Part shown: positions 29,079 through 38,591 of the stretch, piece after piece
Layout: the number at the start of each line of letters is the position of its first letter
Position numbering within the stretch: the stretch's first letter is position 1
From: an uncultured Bacilli bacterium
GTDB taxonomy: Bacteria; Bacillota_I; Bacilli_A; RF39; UBA660
Length of the DNA: 64,000 nucleotides
NCBI GenBank assembly: GCA_934096015.1
Contig: CAKOLD010000001.1
Location: forward strand, 27,069 to 91,068
Direction of reading: 5' to 3'
Notes under the pieces: model-generated
Databases searched by the model: none
Seen by the model: only the letters and a program-made list of their open reading frames with translations
What the model was told of the DNA's origin: nothing
Program-made: the position numbers and the translations under genes

Positions 29079-32000
29079 TTATACATTACCTATATTACTT
29101 ATTAACATTTCTATTAATTTAATTAAATAAACTAAAAAATGATTTTCCAAATTTGTTGTCTTTAATGATATATAAATTTTTTTATTGAAATATCTTATTT
29201 TAAAATTCCTATTAATTTGATACAATTCCAAAAATAATTTATCACCATGAACTTTTGAAGAAATATCAGAAGGTATCTCTATTTCAACAAAATTACCAGT
29301 TTGTTTAACATTACTAACTCCTATTTTTTTTGCTAAATGATCAAACCATTCCTCATACATGTATATTATAATTTTTTCATCAAGCTTCCCAAAACGATCC
29401 TCTAATTCACTTTTAATTTCATTAAAAGATTTCTCATCCACTACACTATTTATTAATTTATGAATTTCTATAATTAAATTTTCATCACTAGACATTGAAG
29501 TTGCAACATGAGTATCTACCTCAATAAGATTATTATCATCCGTTTCTTCTTCAATTTTTTCTCCTTTTAATTTTTTTACTTCTTCTTCAAGCATTTTCAT
29601 ATAAAGTTCAATACCTATAGAATCTACAAAACCTGCTTGTTCACTACCTAAAAGTTCTCCAGCACCTCTTATTGCCATATCGCGCATTGCAATTTTATAT
29701 CCACTTCCTAATTCTGTAAAATCTTTTATGGACTTCAAACGCTTAATAGCAGTTTCTGTTAATACCTTTGATGGCTTATACATTAAATACGCATAAGCAA
29801 TTCTGTCACTTCTGCCAACTCTTCCTCTAATTTGATAGAGTTGACTTAAACCGAAATTATCAGCATCAACAATAATAAGAGTATTAACGTTTGGAATATC
29901 AATACCAGTTTCAATTATAGTAGTACATACCAAAATATTAAATTCATTATTAATAAACTTTTCAACTATACTCTCAAGCTCACCTTTATCCATTCTGCCA
30001 TGTGCAAAAATAACACTTGCTTCCGGAATTAACTGAGAAATTTTGGATGCAAATAAATCTATATCAGTCACTTTGTTATATAATATATATACTTGACCAT
30101 TTCTTGATAATTCTTTATAAATAGCATCTTTCATAATAACTTCATTTTCTTCTATTACATAAGTTTGCACAGGATACCTATTTACTGGAGCCGTATCAAT
30201 TACAGACATATCCTTAAGTCCACTCATCGCCATTTTTAAAGTTCTAGGAATTGGAGTTGCAGACAAAGTTAAAACATTAATAGTATTTTTTAATTCCTTT
30301 ATTTTTTCTTTATGAGTCACACCAAATCTTTGTTCCTCATCAATTATCAATAAGCCTAAATTTTTATAAACTATTTCTTTATTAAATAATTTATGGGTTC
30401 CAAATACAACATCTATTGTTCCATCCTTTAAACCACTAATGATTTTCTTAAAATCTTTTTGAGATGTAAAACGATTTAAAAGAGCAATATTAACTGGAAA
30501 ATGACGAAAACGTTCCATAGCATTATTATATTGTTGCCTAGATAATAAAGTAGTTGGACATAGATATGCAACTTGATCTCCATTTATAATTGCTTTAAAA
30601 ATTGCTCTAAAAGCAACTTCAGTTTTTCCAAATCCTACATCTCCACACAATAATCTTTCCATAGGCTTTTCTTTTCGTAAATCCTCATAAATATCATTAA
30701 TACATTTAATTTGATCACTAGTTTCATCATAAGGAAAATCAAGTTCAAATGTTTTTTCATCCGGAAAATCACTATACTTTTTCCCTTTAATAGCCAATCT
30801 ATTAGCATACAATTTTATTAACTCTTCACTAATATCTTTAATCCTATTTCTAACTCTTAATTTAGTTTTAGCCCAAGAAGTAGAATTTAATTTATCTATT
30901 TTAGGTTTTATTCCATCTTTATCACTATATTTATAAATTAAGTCTATTTTTTCAACAGGAACATATATTTTATCGTTTTTAGCATAATTAATTAATATAT
31001 AATCTTTTTGTAAACCACTTTTAGTTAGTGTAACAAGTCCTCCATAAATACCAACACCATGACTATTATGAACTACAAAATCACCAACTGATAAATCATT
31101 ATAATTCTTAATTTTTTTACCAAATTTATAATTATTCTTATATTTTATAGATCTTTTTACATTTTCAATGTCATATTCTCCAATTACTACATAATTATTA
31201 ATTTGAAAGCCATTATTAATTTTATAATCTAAAATACAAATATTATCTCTAAATGCAATATTATCAATTTCTTTTATTAAATTCTCAATATTATTTTTCT
31301 CTGCTTTATTAGATAAACAAAAAATAACTTTATTATTTTTAGATTTATTAATTACAAAATCTTTTAATTTTTCAAAATCAGAATTAAAGTTTTCAATAGT
31401 CCCACTTTTAAAATTTAAAGAACTACTTGATATAGTATCAACATTTTTATCTATATAAATATAATTTAAAACCTCTATTTGATCAAAGTCAAACATATAT
31501 TTAAAATCTGATTGTACACCTTTGCTTACATTATAATCAAAAATCTCCTTTTGCATCTTTTTATATGCAGAAATAATTAAATTGTAATCATAATAAAACA
31601 CCATAGGCTTTTCTAAATAATCATACAAAGAACTATATACTTCTCCAATTTTTTCATTTGCAGTAGTTAAAGTAAAATTATTTATGTTTTCAATTGATCT
31701 TTGTGTATCTACATCAAAAAAACGCAACGATTCAATATCTGAACCAAACATTTCCATTCTTATAGGATTATTTTCATTAAAAAGAAAAATATCAATAATA
31801 TAACCTCTTACAGAATACTCTCCAGTAGTATTAACAATACTAGTTTTTACATAACCATATTCTTCTAATTTATTTATTAAATTCTCTCTTGAAACTGTGT
31901 CTCCTACTTTTATTTCAAAATTACTTTTTTTAAAAGATTCAAACAAAGTCAAATATTTTAAATAACCTGTCAAATGAGTAACCACAATAAAATGATCATT

Positions 32001-32288
32001 ACTCTTTATTTTTTCTAATGTTTCAATACGCTTTAATTTTAAATCAGGAGAAGCAGCCAATGCTACACTAGTTAAAAAATCGTCCATAGGAAAAAGTAAA
32101 GTTTTAGAAGTATATGTAGTTAATAACTGATAAACTTTATTAGCTTCATATAAACTAGAAGTAACCACTAAAACATTTTTTTTATATTTTTTATAATAGT
32201 TATAAATATATAAAACATCTAATTCTTCAGTCAATCCAGAAATTGTTTTAAAATCTTCATAAGTAAATATTTCGTCTAAAAATTCCAT
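29079..32288 (-). CDS. mfd: transcription-repair coupling factor Mfd
   Basis: 1069 aa with an RNAP-interaction region and superfamily-2 helicase motifs (LLCGDVGFGKTEVA, DEEQRFGV, TATPIPRT). Confidence 0.95.
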   Translation of the reverse strand: MEFLDEIFTYEDFKTISGLTEELDVLYIYNYYKKYKKNVLVVTSSLYEANKVYQLLTTYTSKTLLFPMDDFLTSVALAASPDLKLKRIETLEKIKSNDHFIVVTHLTGYLKYLTLFESFKKSNFEIKVGDTVSRENLINKLEEYGYVKTSIVNTTGEYSVRGYIIDIFLFNENNPIRMEMFGSDIESLRFFDVDTQRSIENINNFTLTTANEKIGEVYSSLYDYLEKPMVFYYDYNLIISAYKKMQKEIFDYNVSKGVQSDFKYMFDFDQIEVLNYIYIDKNVDTISSSSLNFKSGTIENFNSDFEKLKDFVINKSKNNKVIFCLSNKAEKNNIENLIKEIDNIAFRDNICILDYKINNGFQINNYVVIGEYDIENVKRSIKYKNNYKFGKKIKNYNDLSVGDFVVHNSHGVGIYGGLVTLTKSGLQKDYILINYAKNDKIYVPVEKIDLIYKYSDKDGIKPKIDKLNSTSWAKTKLRVRNRIKDISEELIKLYANRLAIKGKKYSDFPDEKTFELDFPYDETSDQIKCINDIYEDLRKEKPMERLLCGDVGFGKTEVAFRAIFKAIINGDQVAYLCPTTLLSRQQYNNAMERFRHFPVNIALLNRFTSQKDFKKIISGLKDGTIDVVFGTHKLFNKEIVYKNLGLLIIDEEQRFGVTHKEKIKELKNTINVLTLSATPIPRTLKMAMSGLKDMSVIDTAPVNRYPVQTYVIEENEVIMKDAIYKELSRNGQVYILYNKVTDIDLFASKISQLIPEASVIFAHGRMDKGELESIVEKFINNEFNILVCTTIIETGIDIPNVNTLIIVDADNFGLSQLYQIRGRVGRSDRIAYAYLMYKPSKVLTETAIKRLKSIKDFTELGSGYKIAMRDMAIRGAGELLGSEQAGFVDSIGIELYMKMLEEEVKKLKGEKIEEETDDNNLIEVDTHVATSMSSDENLIIEIHKLINSVVDEKSFNEIKSELEDRFGKLDEKIIIYMYEEWFDHLAKKIGVSNVKQTGNFVEIEIPSDISSKVHGDKLFLELYQINRNFKIRYFNKKIYISLKTTNLENHFLVYLIKLIEMLISNIGNV

Positions 32289-32830
32289 TAATTATATTTA
32301 TTCATTAAAGTAAAAATATCCATATTTTCATAATCATTTAAAATATCCCTAAAAACATCTAAATTTTTACCAATAATGTCCTGTTCCTTTCTAGAAAATT
32401 TTGATAAAACAAAGTCAATTACATTTTCACTTTTTCCTATACCAACTTTTAATCTTCCAAATTTTTGTGAATTTAACATATTTATAATAGATTTAATGCC
32501 ATTATGCCCACCAGAACTACTATCAAATTTTAATTTATATTTACCAATTTCCAAATCTAAATCATCGTGTATAACTAATACATTTTCCACATCAATTTTA
32601 TAATAACTAACAAATTTTTTAACAACTTCTCCACTCAAATTCATAAAACTTAATGGCTTTAAAAATATAATCTTATCATAACCATTATTTTTAATATAAT
32701 ACATTCCATTAAATTTCGTCATCCATTTTACATCTTTTAAATAAAAATCTAATATCATAAAACCAACATTATGTCTTGTATTTAAATACTCTTTTCCTGG
32801 ATTTCCTAATCCTACAACCAATTTTATCAT
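32288..32830 (-). CDS. pth: peptidyl-tRNA hydrolase
   Basis: MIKLVVGLGNPGKEYLNTRHNVGFM is the Pth signature. Confidence 0.9.
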   Translation of the reverse strand: MIKLVVGLGNPGKEYLNTRHNVGFMILDFYLKDVKWMTKFNGMYYIKNNGYDKIIFLKPLSFMNLSGEVVKKFVSYYKIDVENVLVIHDDLDLEIGKYKLKFDSSSGGHNGIKSIINMLNSQKFGRLKVGIGKSENVIDFVLSKFSRKEQDIIGKNLDVFRDILNDYENMDIFTLMNKYN

Positions 32831-33546
32831 TAAACATCACCTTTTTCTAAATAATTGTTAATAAACAAAGGTTTATCAACATAAGTTTGAGTTTTTCCAT
32901 CTTTAACACACTCAAATAAAACACAACATGCACTACTGTTCTTAGATTCATAAACAAATTTTAAAGTTTTTATACTAAAATTATTTTTTGCTAATATATC
33001 AATAATTTCAATTAGCCTATCAGTTCTGTGAACAAAATAGAAATAACCATGTACTTTCAATAGTTTATAAGCAAGATTCACTATTTCTTCAAAATTAATA
33101 CAGATTTCATGTCTTGCCACAGCTTTAATATAATTATCGTTTACTACATTTTTTTCATTGCATTTAAAATATGGCGGATTACAAGTAATTATATCAAGTG
33201 AACCTTCTGGAAAATATTTTAAACAGTTTTTTACGTCATCATTTATTAATGAAATATCCAAATTATTATCTAAAACACTCTGAAGTGCTAAATCATAAAT
33301 ATTTTTTTGTAACTCCATTCCATATAAAGTTAAATTACTTTTCTTTTTTAAAATTAACAACAGAGGTGCATTTCCACAACAAAAATCCAAAAGAGTTTTA
33401 TCTTTCAGTTTAACATTTACAAATTCGGCTAATAAAACAGAATCAATAGAAAACTTAAAATAATCAGTATCTTGATATATTTTTAAACCGTAATCTAATA
33501 AATCATTTTTTACTCTCACCATAGCTAATTTCCTTTTTCTCACCAT
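32830..33546 (-). CDS. N6-adenine-specific RNA/tRNA methyltransferase (YabB/TrmN6-like, NPPY motif)
   Basis: LDFCCGNAPL (SAM motif I) and DIITCNPPYFK. The 5' end overlaps yaaT, so the start may be the internal Met. Confidence 0.6.
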   Translation of the reverse strand: MVRKRKLAMVRVKNDLLDYGLKIYQDTDYFKFSIDSVLLAEFVNVKLKDKTLLDFCCGNAPLLLILKKKSNLTLYGMELQKNIYDLALQSVLDNNLDISLINDDVKNCLKYFPEGSLDIITCNPPYFKCNEKNVVNDNYIKAVARHEICINFEEIVNLAYKLLKVHGYFYFVHRTDRLIEIIDILAKNNFSIKTLKFVYESKNSSACCVLFECVKDGKTQTYVDKPLFINNYLEKGDV

Positions 33547-34303
33547 TTACAAGAACGGTACAACTTCTATTTAAAATATTTAAATCAACAACCTCTCCTT
33601 GTCCAAATTCAGTTTTTACTTTATCGCCAATACTAGGTAATCCTTTACGTAACTCACAATAAACATCATCTTCGTACTGCAAACAACATAATAATCTCCC
33701 ACATAGACCATTAATTTTTGAAGGATTTAAAGCAATATTTTGATTCTTAGCCATATTTATAGAAATTGCATCAATTTTATTTAAAAATTTATGACAACAT
33801 AATTCTCTACCACAACATCCTATTCCACCAAACATTTTTGCCTTATCTCTTACACCTAATTGATGAAGCTCTATTCTTGTTTTATAAGTTGAAGCTAAAA
33901 ATTTTACCAATTCTCTAAAATCTATTCTTTCATCAGCAATAAAATTCAAAGTAAGCTGTTTTCTGTCAAAAGTAAAAGTTGCATCTACAAAATTCATATC
34001 AAGATTAAGTTTTAAAGCACGTTTTCTTGCTAAATCCAAAGCTTTCTTTGAATCTTTTAAATTTTTTAAATATTTATCATAATCGTTTTCAGTAGCAATT
34101 CTTATAATTGGTTTCATATTAGATAAAATATCTTTATTTTTTACATCAACATTTAATTCTACTACTTTACCATATTGCAATCCTTTTTCAGTTTCAACAA
34201 TTACACATATATTCTCTACTAATGATAATTCTTTAGAATAAAAATAATATGTTTTTCCAGCTGCACTAAATGAAATTCCATATATGTCCTTCACTACTTC
34301 CAC
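33503..34303 (-). CDS. ricT: PSP1-domain protein YaaT/RicT (stage 0 sporulation / RNase Y regulator)
   Basis: Cys-rich motifs GGIGCCGRELCC and GLCGRLLCCLQYE match the PSP1/YaaT family. Confidence 0.8.
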   Translation of the reverse strand: MEVVKDIYGISFSAAGKTYYFYSKELSLVENICVIVETEKGLQYGKVVELNVDVKNKDILSNMKPIIRIATENDYDKYLKNLKDSKKALDLARKRALKLNLDMNFVDATFTFDRKQLTLNFIADERIDFRELVKFLASTYKTRIELHQLGVRDKAKMFGGIGCCGRELCCHKFLNKIDAISINMAKNQNIALNPSKINGLCGRLLCCLQYEDDVYCELRKGLPSIGDKVKTEFGQGEVVDLNILNRSCTVLVNGEKKEISYGESKK

Positions 34304-35004
34304 TTCCTAACTAAATTTAAAATTACTAAATCTTGATTCCCATTTTTTCTTAAAATCTTAATACACTTTTCTAACAATTTAATATTCAAAATATTATCAA
34401 TTAAATAATAGCTAATTAAATATTGTTCAAGAGAACTTAACTCTTTAATTAAAGTAGGACGATCACTCGAAAAATAATTACTAACATATTCTAATTTATC
34501 AAATTTAGTCATCTTACCCATTTGATCAATAAAATCTTTATAATCTTTCTCTTCCCCTTTTATAATATAATCATTAAGTTTTAAAAATTGACATCTACTA
34601 ACAATAGTATTTATAACAGCAACTCTATTTGAAGTAACAAAAAAACCAATAACATCATTTTGAGGTTCTTCTAAAAACTTTAATAAAACATTAGCAGCTG
34701 CTAAATTCATAGTTTCACTATTAACAATAATGTAATATTTATGTTTTAATAATACAGGAAAAGTTTGAAAATCTAATATTATATTACTAATTTGATTTTT
34801 TTTTATTTCTTTTCCATCAGGAAATACAATTTTAACATCAGCACAATTTTCTAATTTAGTATTATCAATAGAATTAATTTGACCAATCAATCTTAAAATA
34901 TCTTGCAAAGCTGCCTTTTGATTATTAGATTCTATCAAAAAAGCATGAGAATTTGTATTCTCATTAAAAGTCAAAAGAATATTATTTAAGACTTCGCTAC
35001 ACAT
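34294..35004 (-). CDS. holB: DNA polymerase III delta-prime subunit (HolB), short form
   Basis: NVLLKFLEEPQNDVIGFFVTSN...IVSRCQ is the clamp-loader sensor-1/box VII pattern. Position between yaaT and recR-side genes. Confidence 0.65.
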   Translation of the reverse strand: MCSEVLNNILLTFNENTNSHAFLIESNNQKAALQDILRLIGQINSIDNTKLENCADVKIVFPDGKEIKKNQISNIILDFQTFPVLLKHKYYIIVNSETMNLAAANVLLKFLEEPQNDVIGFFVTSNRVAVINTIVSRCQFLKLNDYIIKGEEKDYKDFIDQMGKMTKFDKLEYVSNYFSSDRPTLIKELSSLEQYLISYYLIDNILNIKLLEKCIKILRKNGNQDLVILNLVRKWK

Positions 35005-35015
35005 AACACCAATCC

Positions 35016-35204
35016 TTACAATAAAAACACATATATCATTATTACAGAAATTATTCCTGGAAATCCTAATATAGAACTCACAGATAATGAAAACAAATTA
35101 ATTGGTATATGAATATTTAAAAGCGTTAATACAAGACTAATTGCATATAATGAACAAAATGCAAAAATCAATTTTTTTAAAACTACTTTAAACAAACTAA
35201 TCAT
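35016..35204 (-). CDS. bofA: BofA-like pro-sigma-K processing inhibitor (small 2-TM membrane protein)
   Basis: C-terminus HIPINLFSLSVSSILGFPGIISVIMI closely matches the B. subtilis BofA motif HVPINLVTTAISGILGIPGIAALVVI. Located just downstream of recR, as in B. subtilis. Confidence 0.6.
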   Translation of the reverse strand: MISLFKVVLKKLIFAFCSLYAISLVLTLLNIHIPINLFSLSVSSILGFPGIISVIMIYVFLL

Positions 35205-35243
35205 AAAATAATCACCAATAAATTATATAAATTAACACAAAAT

Positions 35244-35849
35244 TTATGAAATTTGTTTTCTATCTCTAAGTGCTCTTTCTAAAGTCATAGAATCTAAATA
35301 ATCAATTTCAACACCCATTGGTATCCCATATGATAATCTAGAAACTTTAACATTATATTTTTCTAGCAATTTGCTTATATAAAGAGTTGTTGTTTCTCCC
35401 TCAATACTCGGTTTTAAAGCTAAAATAACCTCATACTTTTCATTAGGATCTTCTTTTACCTTTGCTATCAAAGAAGAAATGTTAATATCATCAGGAGTAA
35501 CGCCATCAATTGGAGAAATCAATCCATCTAAAACATGATAAACACCTTTATAAGAACCAACTCTTTCAAACATAAACACACTCTTATAATCTTCTACTAC
35601 ACATATAACATTTTTACTACGAGTTTCACTTTCACAAATACTACAGATTTTTTTATCAGTGATATGTCCACAAATAGAACACTTCTTTAACTCAACTGAT
35701 AAATTTTTTAAAATTAAAGATAACTGATCTAGTTCATCCTTTTTTAAATTCATTAAAGATAAAGCTAATCTTTCTGCAGTTTTTTCTCCAACACCAGATA
35801 ATTTTTTTAAATAATTAATGAGTTCCTCTAAAATACTCGGATAAATCAT
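35244..35849 (-). CDS. recR: recombination protein RecR
   Basis: N-terminus LINYLKKLSGVGEKTAERLA (HhH). C4 zinc finger CSICGHITDKKICSIC. Toprim region. Confidence 0.9.
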   Translation of the reverse strand: MIYPSILEELINYLKKLSGVGEKTAERLALSLMNLKKDELDQLSLILKNLSVELKKCSICGHITDKKICSICESETRSKNVICVVEDYKSVFMFERVGSYKGVYHVLDGLISPIDGVTPDDINISSLIAKVKEDPNEKYEVILALKPSIEGETTTLYISKLLEKYNVKVSRLSYGIPMGVEIDYLDSMTLERALRDRKQIS

Positions 35850-35850
35850 A

Positions 35851-36147
35851 TTACATCAATCCATTAGCGTATTTGCTATAAGCACCCAATTTTTTTTCAT
35901 ATTCTGAATCTATTTTTTCAAGTGCGTTACTAAATGCAATTTTTATCATATCTTCAAGCATCTCTAAATCATCAGACTGCAAATCTTTATAATCAATTTT
36001 TACACTTATCACTTCTCTTTTTCCATTAAGAGTTATTTTTACCCATTCACTATTTCCTTCAAACTCCATTTGTTCTACTTCATTTTGTTTTTTTTGAATG
36101 TCCTTTTGCATTTTTTGCATCTGGCTCATTAAATTTTGCATATTCAT
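35851..36147 (-). CDS. ebfC: nucleoid-associated protein YbaB/EbfC
   Basis: MNMQNLMSQMQKMQKDIQKKQNEVEQMEFEG...VKITLNGKREV matches the YbaB family. Confidence 0.85.
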   Translation of the reverse strand: MNMQNLMSQMQKMQKDIQKKQNEVEQMEFEGNSEWVKITLNGKREVISVKIDYKDLQSDDLEMLEDMIKIAFSNALEKIDSEYEKKLGAYSKYANGLM

Positions 36148-36163
36148 AATATATTCCTTCTTT

Positions 36164-37732
36164 CTAATTAATTTCTATTATATCACCAAAAACTTCTTTT
36201 GCATCTTGTTCTACAGAATCTAACGTGCCATCCTGTTTTTGCTCGTCTTCTTCAATATAATGATCATATTTATTTTTATTGACAATATAATCTTTTTTTA
36301 TTTTATTACATTCTTCAGTAAATAAACAAATAAATTTATATGTCTTATTTTCAATTTTCTCAAATTCTCGTTCTAACAAATTTAAATTATTATTAAAAAT
36401 AATGCTATCACTTTGTATATCGGTGGAAAAAATAACATTACTATCACTAACTACTTCCACAGTAGCAGAATTAACATAACCAAGCAAATTATAATTATTA
36501 TATTCGCCTAATTTATAAATGAAATCTTTCCAATATTCACAAAATTGTTGTTTTAAAGATTTTTGAGCTCCATAAAAAGCATTATTAATTCTTATAAATA
36601 AAAAATTATCATCAATTTTATTAGTTTTTATTTCCCGGGAAATATTTTTTTCTACTTTTTTTTGGGAAATATTTTCTTTTTTTGCTATTTTAGGCTGATT
36701 TCCTTGAAAATATGTTAAAAATGAAATCAATAATAAATTATAAGCATTTTCCACTAATTTCAACTTTGTCTCTATATCAAATAAATCATCTATTATTTTT
36801 TTACAAAAATCAAAATCGTAATCAACATCATCATTACCTTTTTTTATACTTATACTCTGATCAATCAAATATGACAACATTTCATCAACTAAAGAATTAA
36901 TATCAATTCCTTGAATTTGTATTTCTTGAAAAATTTTTAAAAATTCTTCTATATCATTTTCATAAATAGCCTTAATTATTTTATCAATATACTGATTAGA
37001 AACTAATCCAAATGTTTCATTAATAATTTCTACTGTTATATTATTTGTAATTTTTGACAATTGATCAAGATAACTTAAACAATCACGTAAACAACCATCT
37101 GACATTGTAGCTAACAAATCTACAGAAGCATCATCAATGTCTATATTCTCTTTTTCAGCAATAAATAAAAGATGTTCTCTTATTTCTGAATTAGTCAATT
37201 TTTTAAAATCAAAACGTTGACAACGCGATAGCACAGTTATAGGTACCTTTTGAATATCAGTAGTAGCAAAAATAAAAATAACGTGCGCTGGAGGTTCCTC
37301 TAAGGTCTTCAAAAATGCATTCCAAGCACTATTAGACAACATATGAACTTCATCAATAATATAAATCTTATATTTAGACATAGATGGCACTAACTTTACA
37401 TTATTTCTGATTTCTCTTATTTCATCAACACCATTATTGCTGGCCGCATCAATTTCAATAATATCTGGATTTTCAGAAAAATTTAAACAATTCTTACATT
37501 TGCCACAACTATCCCCATTAACTGGAGAAAGACAATTCAAAACCTTAGCAAATATTTTTGCAGTACTTGTTTTACCAGTTCCTCTTGGACCAGTAAATAT
37601 ATATGCATGTGCAATTTTATCTTTTACAATAGAACCAATAAGAGTCTCTTTTACAAATTCTTGACCCACTAATTCCCTAAAATTTTGTGGTCTATATTTT
37701 CTATATAAAACTTTATAACCCATTCTAACCAC
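36164..37732 (-). CDS. dnaX: DNA polymerase III subunit gamma/tau
   Basis: YRKYRPQNFRELVGQE...HAYIFTGPRGTGKTSTAKIFAK are AAA+ clamp-loader motifs. 522 aa. Confidence 0.9.
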   Translation of the reverse strand: MVRMGYKVLYRKYRPQNFRELVGQEFVKETLIGSIVKDKIAHAYIFTGPRGTGKTSTAKIFAKVLNCLSPVNGDSCGKCKNCLNFSENPDIIEIDAASNNGVDEIREIRNNVKLVPSMSKYKIYIIDEVHMLSNSAWNAFLKTLEEPPAHVIFIFATTDIQKVPITVLSRCQRFDFKKLTNSEIREHLLFIAEKENIDIDDASVDLLATMSDGCLRDCLSYLDQLSKITNNITVEIINETFGLVSNQYIDKIIKAIYENDIEEFLKIFQEIQIQGIDINSLVDEMLSYLIDQSISIKKGNDDVDYDFDFCKKIIDDLFDIETKLKLVENAYNLLLISFLTYFQGNQPKIAKKENISQKKVEKNISREIKTNKIDDNFLFIRINNAFYGAQKSLKQQFCEYWKDFIYKLGEYNNYNLLGYVNSATVEVVSDSNVIFSTDIQSDSIIFNNNLNLLEREFEKIENKTYKFICLFTEECNKIKKDYIVNKNKYDHYIEEDEQKQDGTLDSVEQDAKEVFGDIIEIN

Positions 37733-37768
37733 ACCTCATAAAAAAATTATATCATAAACCCCGGTTAT

Positions 37769-38191
37769 TTATCTCCTTTTTTTAAAAAAATCAGTTAAAA
37801 TTTGCTTAAATTTTTGTTCCCAAATATCTTTATTTTGTAATTTTTCAAAATTTGTCTTTTGGTAACCTAATTTATTATCATCCCTTTTTACCAAATAATA
37901 AACATTTTTTAATCTAGCCTCTTTTATTACAGTTTTACACATTTCACATGGTTCCAAAGTCACCAGTAAAGAATATTCTGACAAATACTTGCTTTTCAAA
38001 CATTTGTTCGCTTTAATTATTGCTAATATTTCTGCATGATACAATATATTATTAGATTTTTCGCGTTTATTATAAGCCTTTGAAATTATCTTTCCACTTG
38101 ATTCATCATAAACAATTGCTGCAACAGGAACCTCTTTATTTTTCGACGCCCTATTACACAATTTATATAAATAATTAAAATACCTTTCCAT
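37769..38191 (-). CDS. tadA: tRNA-specific adenosine deaminase TadA
   Basis: HAEILAI ... PCEMC are the zinc ligands. The start is taken at MERYFNY, since the upstream Met would overlap the SRP RNA. Confidence 0.8.
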   Translation of the reverse strand: MERYFNYLYKLCNRASKNKEVPVAAIVYDESSGKIISKAYNKREKSNNILYHAEILAIIKANKCLKSKYLSEYSLLVTLEPCEMCKTVIKEARLKNVYYLVKRDDNKLGYQKTNFEKLQNKDIWEQKFKQILTDFFKKRR

Positions 38192-38212
38192 TATAAACAT
38201 CCTTTTACTAAT

Positions 38213-38292
38213 AAAAAAAGCGCACATCAACAGAGGTTGTTATGGCTGCTGTCTTCCGACTCTGACCAGGTTTCAACTTATCAATTGCGCAA
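38213..38292 (-). ncRNA. ffs: small SRP RNA (4.5S/scRNA-type, ffs)
   Basis: Minus-strand ACCUGGUCAGAGUCGGAAGACAGCAGCC matches conserved domain IV, including the GGAA tetraloop. It is closed by the GCGCA/UGCGC helix and followed by a U-tract. The tadA-scr-dnaX position is conserved with B. subtilis. Confidence 0.6.
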
Positions 38293-38333
38293 ATAAATTA
38301 TAACAAATTTAAAGTTAGTTAACAACCCTATGG

Positions 38334-38591
38334 TTATCCACAATGTTTCACGTGAAACATAAAAAAATCTTCACTTGTTTTTTTCACAATAAATTAATGT
38401 TTTTACACATATAGATGCATTTTAACTAGTTTCAATTATTATTTTATAATTTATATATAGTTATTCACCAACTATATTAATTTATATTTATATTTATATT
38501 TATTAAAACCATTAAAAAGTTTTCCACAATGTTTCACGTGAAACATTGTAATTTTGGTTTGCTATTAATTATATTGTTTCACGTGAAACAT
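38334..38591 (+). repeat. non-coding module downstream of gyrA: DnaA-box-like 9-mers, (TTTATA)x4 tandem hexamers and three copies of an 18-bp palindrome ATGTTTCACGTGAAACAT
   Basis: TTATCCACA at 38334-38342 abuts palindrome copy 1 (38343-38360). TTTTCCACA at 38520-38528 abuts copy 2 (38529-38546). Copy 3 lies at 38574-38591 and is 17/18 palindromic. Degenerate boxes TTTTTCACA, TTTTACACA and TTATTCACC lie between. (TTTATA)4 is at 38481-38504. Confidence 0.6.

Noticed and set aside
35016-35204. Treating the 62-aa ORF after recR as a spurious small ORF
   Set aside because: Its C-terminal half matches the BofA motif HVPINL...ILGIPGI closely and occupies the B. subtilis bofA position, so it is retained as a gene and not discarded.
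38225-38300. A second tRNA or riboswitch downstream of tadA
   Set aside because: The element lacks a cloverleaf. Its conserved ACCUGGUCAG..GGAAG..AGCAGCC core and the scr position identify it as a short SRP RNA.
38343-38591. Possible CRISPR array suggested by three near-identical repeats
   Set aside because: The repeats are perfect palindromes of 18 bp, unequally spaced at about 170 and 30 bp, with no cas genes nearby. They match the parS consensus and sit next to DnaA boxes, so the array is better explained as a partition/origin module.
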